Assembly (NCBI GenBank): GCA_051652765.1
Contig: JBOFUV010000148.1
Span: forward strand, 32,001-96,000
Reading direction: 5' to 3'
From: Microcoleaceae cyanobacterium
Lineage (GTDB): Bacteria > Cyanobacteriota > Cyanobacteriia > Cyanobacteriales > Microcoleaceae
DNA length: 64,000 nt
The position numbers and the translations under genes were made by a program. The notes below the pieces were generated by a model that saw only the letters and a list, made by a program, of their open reading frames with translations, did not search any database and was not told the DNA's origin. Numbering within the stretch: position 1 is the first letter of the stretch; each line of letters starts with the position of its first letter. This document shows, in pieces, positions 26,634 to 36,117 of the stretch.

Positions 26634-27593
26634 TTATTTATACTGAACTCGGGGATCGAGAATACCATACAAAATATCAGCCACTAAGTTAAAAATCACC
26701 ACTAAAATTGCATAGATAAATGTGACTGCCATCACGACAGGAGTATCACTGCGATAGATGGAATCAATTAACAAAGCTCCAATTCCAGGAATCCGAAAGA
26801 TTTGTTCGGTAACCAAGGCTCCCGTAAATAAACTGGGAATATCTAAGGCAATTAAGGTGACAACTGGAATCAAAGCATTGCGTAAAATGTGAGCGCTGAT
26901 TACCCGAAAATTTGACAATCCTTTAGCATAGGCGGTGCGGACATAATCTTGATTTAATTGCTCTAACATTGCCGATCGAATATGTCGCATTAGTACTGCT
27001 GTTTGAAATAACGCTAGAACAGTAACGGGCATAATCGATTGTCGGATCTGCTCAATCAAAGTTTGCCAATTGGTCACCTGCAACGTGCTGTTATAGATAA
27101 ATGGAAACCAGTTGAGCTGAACACTAAAAATAATAATAAATAATAATCCCGTAAAAAATGGCGGTAAAGAAAATCCTAAAAATGCAAACGTGGTTACAAT
27201 TTGATCAAAACTCGAATAGCGTTTCAAGGCTGACAAGATTCCTAAAGGGAAGGCAATTAACAGCGCTAAACTATAAGCAGACCCAGCAATCCACAGGGTT
27301 GTCGGGAGTCGTTGCAGAATCAGTTCACTGACGGGACTGCGACTCGTGAACGAATACCCCATGTCTCCCTGCAAAAATGCCCAAAGCCATTTGACATATC
27401 GAACTGGAATGGGTTGATCTAAGCCCAGCGATCGCCGAATATTTTCTCGCACTTCCGCCGTAATTGAAGGATTAGTCGCAAACTCACTCATCGGATCGCC
27501 CGGTGCAAGAGCGAGAATTGCGAATACAACAATGCTAATCGCAACCAGAGTTGGAATCGTACTCAGCAAGCGATTGAACAGATATCGAGTCAC
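26634..27593 (-). CDS. Peptide/nickel ABC transporter permease (OppB/DppB type)
   Basis: APGDP, LGLDQP, DYVRTAYAKGL, HILRNA, LDPRV. Confidence 0.93.
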   Translation of the reverse strand: MTRYLFNRLLSTIPTLVAISIVVFAILALAPGDPMSEFATNPSITAEVRENIRRSLGLDQPIPVRYVKWLWAFLQGDMGYSFTSRSPVSELILQRLPTTLWIAGSAYSLALLIAFPLGILSALKRYSSFDQIVTTFAFLGFSLPPFFTGLLFIIIFSVQLNWFPFIYNSTLQVTNWQTLIEQIRQSIMPVTVLALFQTAVLMRHIRSAMLEQLNQDYVRTAYAKGLSNFRVISAHILRNALIPVVTLIALDIPSLFTGALVTEQIFRIPGIGALLIDSIYRSDTPVVMAVTFIYAILVVIFNLVADILYGILDPRVQYK

Positions 27594-27602
27594 CTTAAGG
27601 TA

Positions 27603-28367
27603 TTACTGAGGGTTGATTTCAGACCGAATCACGGTAACCCGCTGACCATCGACCACAAACGACCAAAATCCCTGGCGACTCAAGGTTTGTAGAATTGAAT
27701 TGGCTTTTTCCAAATCACGGGTAGACTCGACTAACAGATAGGAGCGCTGGCCATAGGATGCCAACCCGATCTTTCTACCTACGATCCGCTCAACTTGAGC
27801 TGCCAGTTCAGGTTGATTCAGATAATCCACTAAGATGGCATAGCTCACCGTAGTAGAGGTTGCCTCAGAAGTAGACATTGCCTCAGGAGTAGATGCTGCC
27901 TTAGACAGCTCTTCAGCCGAGTTACTCGGGGGCAAGTCAGCCACAGTGGAGTTAGCGGGATTGGGAGGACGGCGAGAAATTTCGGGGGCAGGAGCTTGGG
28001 TATTATTGTCCGGTTTCACGACATAAGCCCGCAAACCAATATTGGCTGTAATATAGCTTGCCCAGTCTTGAGCAATCAAGCGATCGCTAAATCCACCCAC
28101 ACGGGTGACGGTATCCTCTAGATAGCGACAGATGCCACTGTTAACATCCTGAGGTAAGCTACGACGGGTTAATTCTTGAGCGCTAGTCGTCTCACTCACC
28201 ACTAACACCAGATATTCTCCTGCCCCAGGGGGAGTACAAGGGGTTTGGGCGAGGGTGGGCCGAGCTGATAGGTTCAAGCTCGCAGCCGTTAAAAGTCCTG
28301 TTAAAAGTCTGGCCCAGAGTCTGAAGCTGTTAACCACAGAATTGAGTTGAAAATCGGGTTGAATCAT
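27603..28367 (-). CDS. Hypothetical exported protein (possible SPOR-like domains)
   Basis: Signal-like N-terminus, CTPP..GEYLVLV motif, two domains separated by a Pro/Ser/Thr linker. Confidence 0.6.
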   Translation of the reverse strand: MIQPDFQLNSVVNSFRLWARLLTGLLTAASLNLSARPTLAQTPCTPPGAGEYLVLVVSETTSAQELTRRSLPQDVNSGICRYLEDTVTRVGGFSDRLIAQDWASYITANIGLRAYVVKPDNNTQAPAPEISRRPPNPANSTVADLPPSNSAEELSKAASTPEAMSTSEATSTTVSYAILVDYLNQPELAAQVERIVGRKIGLASYGQRSYLLVESTRDLEKANSILQTLSRQGFWSFVVDGQRVTVIRSEINPQ

Positions 28368-28383
28368 TCAGAGTCTGCCAAAG

Positions 28384-28752
28384 TTAAGTAATGAGGGAGG
28401 CTAAGGGATCAGGAATAGTTGGCGAAGGTGCTTGAAACTCCCCAGTCAGGACGAACTCCATCCGCAACTTGAGCCAGGTAATAAATTGCTCATTGGTGGA
28501 AATGACTGCTGCTGCAGGGTGGGGACATTTGGCCTTGATCTCAGCCATTTCTGGAGCATTCAAAAACGCAGGCTGAACAACCCGCCAAAAGTCAATTTCC
28601 TTTTCCTGTTCTCGATAATTCCGGGTTCGTTCTTGCAACACTTCGTCCAAAGGTTCTTCTTCCATCAAAAACTTTTGACTGGCGACTAGAAAGTAGTAAG
28701 TTTGCTTTGTTTTTGGATTAGCTGTCTCAGTTTCGTCTTTGTTACTTGTCAT
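28384..28752 (-). CDS. ycf54: Mg-protoporphyrin monomethyl ester cyclase accessory factor Ycf54
   Basis: YYFLVASQKFL.EEEPL.EVL.ER, DFW.V.QPAFL, FITWLKLR. Confidence 0.93.
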   Translation of the reverse strand: MTSNKDETETANPKTKQTYYFLVASQKFLMEEEPLDEVLQERTRNYREQEKEIDFWRVVQPAFLNAPEMAEIKAKCPHPAAAVISTNEQFITWLKLRMEFVLTGEFQAPSPTIPDPLASLIT

Positions 28753-28797
28753 AGTTGTTGATTGTTCGTAATTTCAAGATCAGATTCAACGTTAAGA

Positions 28798-29514
28798 CTA
28801 ATGTCCGGCAATTGCCTGTTTCATGTCTCGAACAGCCCGCTCGAATCCGACCAGCACCGCTCGACTGACTATTGTATGACCAATGTTGAGTTCTTCCATG
28901 CCCTCAATACAAGCAACAGGATAAACATTCCAATAGGTTAACCCATGACCTGCATTCACACGCAATCCAGCATCCCGTGCCCGTCTTGCACCGGCAACTA
29001 AAATGGCTAATTCCTTTTCCTGCCTTGTGCCTTTGGCTTCAGCGTAGCATCCGGTATGCAGTTCGATCAGTTTGGCTTGGGTTTGGGCAGAAGCTTCGAT
29101 TTGACTGGGATTGGCATCAATGAATAAGCTAACTGGAACACCGGATTCTTGCAAAGTGGTAACAATTTGGGTCATCCGCTCCACTTGACCTGCAATATTA
29201 AGTCCCCCTTCCGTTGTGACTTCTTCCCGCCGTTCAGGCACCAGAGTAATGTAATCTGGCTTGATTGCAAGGGCGATCGCCACCATCTCATCGGTTGGAG
29301 CCATTTCCAAGTTCAGATGGGTTCTGACCGTTTCTCGCAACAGTCGCACATCCCGTTCCTGAACATGTCGCCGATCTTCCCGCAAATGTACTGTAATGCC
29401 ATCCGCTCCAGCCAATTCTGCCAGAACTGCTGCCGCAACGGGATCAGGTTCCACCGTTCGACGGGCCTGCCGAATGGTGGCAACGTGGTCAATATTGACA
29501 CCCAAAGTCGCCAA
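28798..29514 (-). CDS. pdxJ: Pyridoxine 5'-phosphate synthase
   Basis: [38 protein letters not shown] start behind AGGAGG. Confidence 0.96.
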   Translation of the reverse strand: MATLGVNIDHVATIRQARRTVEPDPVAAAVLAELAGADGITVHLREDRRHVQERDVRLLRETVRTHLNLEMAPTDEMVAIALAIKPDYITLVPERREEVTTEGGLNIAGQVERMTQIVTTLQESGVPVSLFIDANPSQIEASAQTQAKLIELHTGCYAEAKGTRQEKELAILVAGARRARDAGLRVNAGHGLTYWNVYPVACIEGMEELNIGHTIVSRAVLVGFERAVRDMKQAIAGH

Positions 29515-29619
29515 TTTTTGTCCCTCCTTAAAGGCTGATATTTTCAAACGTTAAATTTGCCCGCAATGCCAAAATCGTTAATTAAGATTACAGTTGATCA
29601 AGATTATCGTTAGTCAAGA

Positions 29620-31338
29620 TTATAAAGTGACTCGACCCCGCAGTGCTTCAATCAGTTTTGGCCCAACTCCTGGAACTCGCTCCAAATCTTCCAAAGACGT
29701 GAAGGGCTGTTGTTGACGGGTTTGAATCATCTGTTGAGCTAACTTTGGCCCAACACCGGGTAGCGTTTCCAACTCTGCCTGAGTAGCTTTGTTGAGATTG
29801 ATTTTGAGGGTAGAACTGATTGGGTTTGGATTGCTTTGAATGGGTGCAGGAGGAGTAATAACTTGATCGCCACAGCGTTGTAACTCTGTCCTTACTTTTT
29901 TCAGGATTCTCTCCGGAACGTCTAAAATTGCATTGCGATACAACCGATCAAATTCCTGTGTGAAGTGGGCAGAAATCGTTGGGTTTTCTATCACTAGCAA
30001 GGTTTCATCATTCGTTGTGTTGGCCGCTTCCGTCCAATTATGAGAGCCTGTCATGACGATTTCATCGTCTACAATGCCAAACTTATGATGGAGTTTATCT
30101 CCAGGGGGCAACGTGGGCACACCTATTGTTGTAATCGGTTGTTTCCAGGGACGATTTCCGGCTTCAAGTTTGCACTGATTGGGCAGAAAAATTCCCCGCA
30201 TATCCAACACTTCACTATAGTCTCGATAGGCAAAATTTGGATCAACTAATCCTCGAAGGTTAACCTTGGCTTGGGCGGCTTTTTCCAAAGTATCAACAAT
30301 ATTTTGAGCTGAAAATACAAACAAGGCAAAGTCAATCGAACGTTCAGCTCCGGCCAACCCTGTGTTGATTAAGGCATTGGAACTGCTTGACCAAGGCTGA
30401 GTTTTGGCAGTGGGGGAAAACTGCACCGCAATCGGGGTTGTCCCGACCTGAACCCGTTGAACCCCGCGATGGGGTTTTTGAGTGCCAAATAGACTGTTGG
30501 CCTGACCCCCTGGCCCATCTCCCCACATCAGGTTAAATTCTTGGGTCAATAGGGCAGCGAGTTGGGAGCCTTCTAGCTTCACGAGATTGTTGGCATTGCC
30601 CCGACTTTCGGGGTTGGAAAAATCACCATGAACATCACTAGTTGTGAAGTTTGCTGAGGTCACAATCACGGTTTTGCCATCCACAACCACGAATTTATGA
30701 TGCATTAAGCCTGACCCCCTTGAACCATCGGCGGTGTCGTTGATCCAGGGAATTCCGGCATTAAAAATCATCACCAGCGCGTCTCGCTGGTTAATTTCTG
30801 CTGCACTCAGTTGACCATCTTGGTTAATATCTGCAAGTTTGAAAAATTCTTCGTAAGCTTGGCGATCGCGCTCTGGAAGTTTGGCTAGGGCATCAGCAGA
30901 GAAGCTACTCCAAGGACGACTATAAGTATGTTCTAGAATTAACCGTACCTTAACCCCAGCTTGGTGTTGCTGAACCATGGCGGCTGCAACTTTGGGCAAC
31001 CGGAGTTCCTGAACGGCAATGTCAACCGTTGAACGGGCGCTCGTGATTGTGTCTGCGATCAGTTGCTCCAAGTCATCCCCTTGGCGAGTCTGCTGGCGAT
31101 AGGGTTCGGTATAGGCTGAGGTTTTAGATTGATTGAAGTAAATTTGAATGCTGGGATCTTGAGGGAGTTTTTCTTGCAGTGGCTTGAGTGTTGTGATCTG
31201 GGGAATAGGAATGCTGCGCCGACAACCCTCAACCCCCAAAGTCAACAGGAGCAAGAGACTGAACCGACTTGCTAAGTTAAAAGTTCTGTTAAAAATTTTG
31301 TTAAAAGTTAAGTTAAAAGTTTTGTTAAGACCGATCAA
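29620..31338 (-). CDS. comA: Competence PLD-family nuclease with C-terminal helix-hairpin-helix (cyanobacterial ComA/ComEA-like)
   Basis: Two HKD motifs (HHKFVVVD, HHKFGIVD), an EF-hand-like insert, and INLNKAT..EL.TLPGVG HhH repeats. Confidence 0.8.
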   Translation of the reverse strand: MIGLNKTFNLTFNKIFNRTFNLASRFSLLLLLTLGVEGCRRSIPIPQITTLKPLQEKLPQDPSIQIYFNQSKTSAYTEPYRQQTRQGDDLEQLIADTITSARSTVDIAVQELRLPKVAAAMVQQHQAGVKVRLILEHTYSRPWSSFSADALAKLPERDRQAYEEFFKLADINQDGQLSAAEINQRDALVMIFNAGIPWINDTADGSRGSGLMHHKFVVVDGKTVIVTSANFTTSDVHGDFSNPESRGNANNLVKLEGSQLAALLTQEFNLMWGDGPGGQANSLFGTQKPHRGVQRVQVGTTPIAVQFSPTAKTQPWSSSSNALINTGLAGAERSIDFALFVFSAQNIVDTLEKAAQAKVNLRGLVDPNFAYRDYSEVLDMRGIFLPNQCKLEAGNRPWKQPITTIGVPTLPPGDKLHHKFGIVDDEIVMTGSHNWTEAANTTNDETLLVIENPTISAHFTQEFDRLYRNAILDVPERILKKVRTELQRCGDQVITPPAPIQSNPNPISSTLKINLNKATQAELETLPGVGPKLAQQMIQTRQQQPFTSLEDLERVPGVGPKLIEALRGRVTL

Positions 31339-31513
31339 GGGGCTAAGGCATCCTTGGTCAAGGGACAGGGTGACACGGTAATCTATAAATAGAGCTTAAC
31401 CTACACTGCCATTGATTGATCGTCTTGTAGTCCAAACAGATTACAAAGCCATCAGTCCAAGGTGCCTGTAGAACCTGCTTACTCCTAGTGGTTTAGAGTC
31501 CTCACACTGTGTT

Positions 31514-31918
31514 ATGCCGAGAAGAAAAAGAACCTTTCCGTGCGGCCATAAAGGGTACGGTCAAGTCTGCCATCGGTGCATCCAAGTCCAGAGTCATGAA
31601 CAACAGCAAGAGAGCTGGGTTGTGATTGACAAACAGGCCCAGAAGCGAGAGTGGGAGGCATCTTTTGACCAGGACATTATCGATCTCAAGGGACTCCCAG
31701 ATTATGTTGTCGTTAAAGCCCGAACTATTATTGCCGGGTTAAACTCTCAAGATAAAAGTTATCGAGATTTTGGGGGGAAGCGCTTACGACACAATCGGTT
31801 TATTATTAGCATTCCAGTTACTCGCAACTATCGAATGCTGTGTGAAGATAGTGGCAGCTTTCTAGTTCCGCAAAAGGTGCTTTCCCATGAAGACTATAAT
31901 GTCTGCAAGCCAGGGTAG
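31514..31918 (+). CDS. Conserved hypothetical protein: Zn-knuckle plus possible RelE/ParE-like C-terminus
   Basis: CGH.....CHRC; GKRL...ISIPV.RNYRML...SHEDYN. Confidence 0.65.
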   Translation: MPRRKRTFPCGHKGYGQVCHRCIQVQSHEQQQESWVVIDKQAQKREWEASFDQDIIDLKGLPDYVVVKARTIIAGLNSQDKSYRDFGGKRLRHNRFIISIPVTRNYRMLCEDSGSFLVPQKVLSHEDYNVCKPG

Positions 31919-31969
31919 TTATACTTAGCGGGCAATACTCAATCGACTTTTGTAGCGCTTTGCGTTTCT

Positions 31970-33142
31970 ATGCAAATTTACCTTGATTACAGTGCTACCA
32001 CTCCTCCACGATCAGAGGCGATCGCAGTCATGCAAGCAGCCCTGTCCAACCATTGGGGCAATCCCTCTAGTTTGCATGAGTGGGGCCAGCGGGCAGCAAC
32101 GGTGTTGGAGCAGGCTAGGATGCAGGTTGCTGCTCTGATTCATGCTGATCCTGACTCCATTCTCTTCACTTCAGGGGGAACTGAAGCCAATAATCTGGCA
32201 ATTCTGGGAGTTGCCAAAGGTTATGACACGCCCCAACATTTAATCATCTCCAGCCTGGAACATTCAGCAGTCAATGAACCTGCCCGTTTTTTGGAACAAC
32301 AAGGCTGGCAAGTGACTCGATTGCCTGTGGATCGGCAGGGTCGCATCCATCCCCTCGATTTACAAGCTGCGATCCAGCCGAATACAGCTCTGATTTCAGT
32401 AATTTATGGTCAGAGTGAAGTAGGAACCTTGCAACCGATTGAAGCTCTGGGCTCCATCGCCCAGACTCAGGGAATTCTATTTCATACAGATGCAGTCCAA
32501 GTCGCTGGACGATTGCCGATTGATCTCCGGTGCTTGCCGGTGGATTTACTCTCCCTGTCTAGTCATAAGATCTATGGGCCGCAGGGTTCAGGGGCCTTGT
32601 ATGTACGTCCGGGTGTCAAACTTGTTCCAATTTTGGGGGGCGGGGGCCAAGAGATGAATCTCCGGTCTGGAACTCAGGCCGTTCCTCTGATCGCAGGCTT
32701 TGGGATGGCGGCGGAGTTGGCAGCCCAAGAACTGACAGCGGAAATGCCCCGGCTAGCGCAGTTGCGCGATCGCTTGTTTGAATTGCTATCTGATGTTTCT
32801 GAATTAGTGCCAACAGGAGATCGAATTCATCGGTTGCCCCATCATGTCAGTTTTTGCTTTGTTCCTGCAGAGCGGATCACCCCGCCAATTACCGGAAAGA
32901 CCTTAGTTCGTCAGTTAAACCTGGCTGGAATTGGGATTAGCGCAGGTTCAGCCTGTCACAGTGGCAAACTCAGTCCGAGTCCAGTTCTATTGGCCATGGG
33001 CTATGATGAAACCGTTGCTCTGGGTGGAATTCGCCTCACCTTGGGACGGGAAACAACGATGGTGGACATCGACTGGACAGCAATGGTACTAAAACAGATC
33101 TTGGAGCGATTGCGAGCAACGATGTCAGTGGTTCGGATCTAA
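31970..33142 (+). CDS. Cysteine desulfurase (NifS/IscS family)
   Basis: IYLDYSATT, FTSGGTEAN, HTDAVQ, SSHKIYGP, SAGSACHS. Confidence 0.93.
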   Translation: MQIYLDYSATTPPRSEAIAVMQAALSNHWGNPSSLHEWGQRAATVLEQARMQVAALIHADPDSILFTSGGTEANNLAILGVAKGYDTPQHLIISSLEHSAVNEPARFLEQQGWQVTRLPVDRQGRIHPLDLQAAIQPNTALISVIYGQSEVGTLQPIEALGSIAQTQGILFHTDAVQVAGRLPIDLRCLPVDLLSLSSHKIYGPQGSGALYVRPGVKLVPILGGGGQEMNLRSGTQAVPLIAGFGMAAELAAQELTAEMPRLAQLRDRLFELLSDVSELVPTGDRIHRLPHHVSFCFVPAERITPPITGKTLVRQLNLAGIGISAGSACHSGKLSPSPVLLAMGYDETVALGGIRLTLGRETTMVDIDWTAMVLKQILERLRATMSVVRI

Positions 33143-33371
33143 TGAACTCCCTAAATCTGTATAGAATGTTTTTTTGTCGTCTTTTTTGCGTTGCAAATTT
33201 TACATTGCAAACGAGCTGGCTAGGAATTCCTCTCTACTCACAAAACCTGTTGGTCATCGTCTGACCCGCAAGGGCGTAGCAAACGGGATCTCTCACGAAA
33301 CCCCTCAAACGACACAATGCCTGAACACAGGCAAAATGGTATTAAGAAAACCTTAAGGAGACCTTACGATA

Positions 33372-34670
33372 ATGGTTGCAATGCCGTTAAAAACAACTCG
33401 TTCAGAAGAAATTTTCACCGCCGCTCAGAAACTGATGCCGGGAGGAGTTAGCTCTCCGGTCAGGGCCTTCAAATCCGTTGGGAGTCAACCGATTGTTTTT
33501 GATCGGGTCAAGGGTGCTTATATTTGGGATGTGGATGATAACCAGTACATCGACTACGTTGGAACCTGGGGGCCTGCCATTTGTGGCCACGCTCATCCTG
33601 AGGTGCTAGCTGCTCTCCGAGATGCCTTGGACAAGGGCACAAGTTTTGGCGCTCCCTGCCTCCTTGAAAATGTCTTGGCAGAGATGGTGATTGAGGCTGT
33701 TCCCAGCGTTGAAATGGTACGGTTTGTCAACTCTGGCACAGAAGCTTGTATGTCTGTTCTCAGGCTAATGCGGGCCTTTACAGGACGGGACAAGATTATT
33801 AAGTTTGAAGGCTGTTACCATGGCCATGCCGATATGTTTTTGGTCAAGGCTGGATCGGGGGTCGCAACCCTGGGTCTGCCGGACTCCCCCGGTGTTCCAA
33901 AGACGGTGACTGAACAGACCTTAACCGCTCCTTACAATGATTTGGAAGCTGTTAAGGCGCTGTTTGCCGAAAATCCTAATGAAATTGCTGGAATCATTCT
34001 TGAGCCTGTTGTAGGCAATGCGGGTTTTATTGCTCCCGATGCTGGATTTTTAGAAGGGTTGCGGCTCCTCTCCCAAGAAAACGGGGCGTTGTTGGTGTTT
34101 GATGAAGTCATGACCGGATTCCGCATTGCTTATGGGGGGGCTCAGGAAAAGTTTGGCGTGACCCCAGATTTAACTACCTTGGGCAAGATTATCGGCGGCG
34201 GTTTGCCTGTGGGCGCTTATGGTGGACGGCGAGACATTATGGCTTGGGTTGCACCCTCTGGCCCTATGTACCAAGCGGGAACCCTCTCCGGGAATCCTTT
34301 AGCGATGACCGCTGGCATTAAAACCCTGGAGTTGTTGCAAAAGCCTGGAACCTATGAATATCTCAACCAAGTGACCCAAAAACTGGCAGAGGGGATGAGG
34401 CAAATTGCTCAGGAAACAGGTCATGCTGCTTGTGGCGGTCAGATTAGTGGGATGTTCGGCTTCTTCTTTACCCAGGGGCCTGTTCACAACTATGAGGATG
34501 CTAAAAAGTCTGATTTAGCCAAGTTCAGCCGTTTTCATCGAGGGATGTTAGAGCAGGGAATTTACCTGGCTCCTTCTCAGTTTGAAGCTGGATTTACCTC
34601 CATTGCCCATACTGAAGCAGACATCGACAAAACCTTGACAGCGGCAAAAACTGTAATGACATCTCTGTAG
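33372..34670 (+). CDS. hemL: Glutamate-1-semialdehyde 2,1-aminomutase
   Basis: [44 protein letters not shown]. Confidence 0.98.
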   Translation: MVAMPLKTTRSEEIFTAAQKLMPGGVSSPVRAFKSVGSQPIVFDRVKGAYIWDVDDNQYIDYVGTWGPAICGHAHPEVLAALRDALDKGTSFGAPCLLENVLAEMVIEAVPSVEMVRFVNSGTEACMSVLRLMRAFTGRDKIIKFEGCYHGHADMFLVKAGSGVATLGLPDSPGVPKTVTEQTLTAPYNDLEAVKALFAENPNEIAGIILEPVVGNAGFIAPDAGFLEGLRLLSQENGALLVFDEVMTGFRIAYGGAQEKFGVTPDLTTLGKIIGGGLPVGAYGGRRDIMAWVAPSGPMYQAGTLSGNPLAMTAGIKTLELLQKPGTYEYLNQVTQKLAEGMRQIAQETGHAACGGQISGMFGFFFTQGPVHNYEDAKKSDLAKFSRFHRGMLEQGIYLAPSQFEAGFTSIAHTEADIDKTLTAAKTVMTSL

Positions 34671-34726
34671 TTTTTATCCTTGAAGTGTCCCGTTCCAATC
34701 CCATAAATTAGCTTTCTTGGCTTGGT

Positions 34727-34803
34727 CAGAACTTCCGCAAATGGGTTTCGCCCCCCTCGCCCCAACTTGGGGGGAACACGATTCCAAGAACTGCGTAACT
34801 CCT
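34727..34803. mobile_element. Short MITE-like element
   Basis: Imperfect terminal inverted repeats CAGAACTTCCGCA / TGCGTAACTCCT around a CCCCCC...GGGGGG hairpin. Confidence 0.5.
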
Positions 34804-35057
34804 CTGAGACGATTCCCAGGGGTAGCCAAATCTATTGTGCTGCCCGAAGATGTTATTCTCAGCAAACTGCAGTGAGGCGGCGTAGTCAATCCGAGAAATC
34901 ATAATAAAATAGTGAGATGCAATTATAAAGTGTTGAAAACTCAGGGAGATGTCCTTAAATTTCGTTATCTTAACGTTTGGACTGAAGCGTTAGGACTAAG
35001 CGATGATCTAGATCGAGCCTTGTTCGAAGCCGGATCTTGGTAAAGGAGAACAGAATT

Positions 35058-35759
35058 ATGTGGAAATTTGTGTCCAAATTACTCTCAGGTGAATCCTCTC
35101 GTTCATCTCCGCAAACTCAGTCTGAACCTACAATGAATCCCTTGAGTGATGCCGGATATGAAGCCCTATTTTTACGATTAATGGAGGGGATAGGTCAAGG
35201 TTGGAAGCAGGATCAAGTGATTGAACTCCTGGGGAAACGTCAGGGCGATCGCTTCTTTTTTTCCTGGCTCAAACGGTTTGGTCAAAAACTACTGGACTCT
35301 CCCCTCCCCCAAGCTGAACGGGCAGAACAGATGATCGGATTAGCAGCATTGAGCTGTGGTGAGATCAGTGAAATTGCAGGGGTTTATGGTCAGCAACTAA
35401 AACAAAAAAAGGTTAGACTGCTAACAGAGGAAGAGTCAAAAATTGTCTTTCAACAGTTACTTCAAGGGGTTAATACGGGATGGGATAGCTCAAAAATTGA
35501 ACAATTTTTTCAAGATTTAGGAGAATCAGGTAAGCCGGAGTTTTGGTTGGATTGGTTGCAGCAATTACAGGAAAAAGAATTCAGTTCTCCAACTCCGAGC
35601 TATGATCTTTCCCCCTCACTAAAGCTACTGGGCGAACAGATCTCTCCTCTTCCTGAATGGCAAGAATTTGGCATCTTTTCAACTCGGTTTGGTCAGGTGT
35701 TGTGCCAAAAACAGGATGAAGAGTCTATCTGGGAATATGATGGCTTTGATGTTCCTTAA
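35058..35759 (+). CDS. Hypothetical protein with an internally duplicated helical domain
   Basis: AGGAG RBS; two similar ~110-aa units (F..L..G...GW...W....); ends IWEYDGFD. Confidence 0.7.
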   Translation: MWKFVSKLLSGESSRSSPQTQSEPTMNPLSDAGYEALFLRLMEGIGQGWKQDQVIELLGKRQGDRFFFSWLKRFGQKLLDSPLPQAERAEQMIGLAALSCGEISEIAGVYGQQLKQKKVRLLTEEESKIVFQQLLQGVNTGWDSSKIEQFFQDLGESGKPEFWLDWLQQLQEKEFSSPTPSYDLSPSLKLLGEQISPLPEWQEFGIFSTRFGQVLCQKQDEESIWEYDGFDVP

Positions 35760-36117
35760 ATTTTTCTTGAACTCTAGTAATTTGAGTGATGCTGAGTGAG
35801 TAATCACTAAACCCCATCCCCAGGGAGCTAAATTTCAAATCCCCAAAGTTGTTGAAGCGACTGTTGAGCTGATGAGCTTCATTCCTAACTCTCCCTTTAG
35901 CCCTCTCACGACTGACTTAGAATTGCTCCAGGAACTCTGAAAGCGGTTCCGTTAAAAATTGTCCTATCCTGAGAATACAAAGCTAGGGTTAAAATAAGCA
36001 CATCTATACTTGTAGTGTGAGAACTGGCTCTAGATCCTGAGACGTTAGAGTCTTGCTCTGGAAATTTCTCGCTTTTCCCTAAGAACTTTTACCTATTAGA
36101 GATTTTAACCTCCAGCT

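Noticed and set aside
26634..27593. Orphan ABC permease as unusual
   Set aside because: Scattered ABC transporter subunits are common in cyanobacterial genomes.
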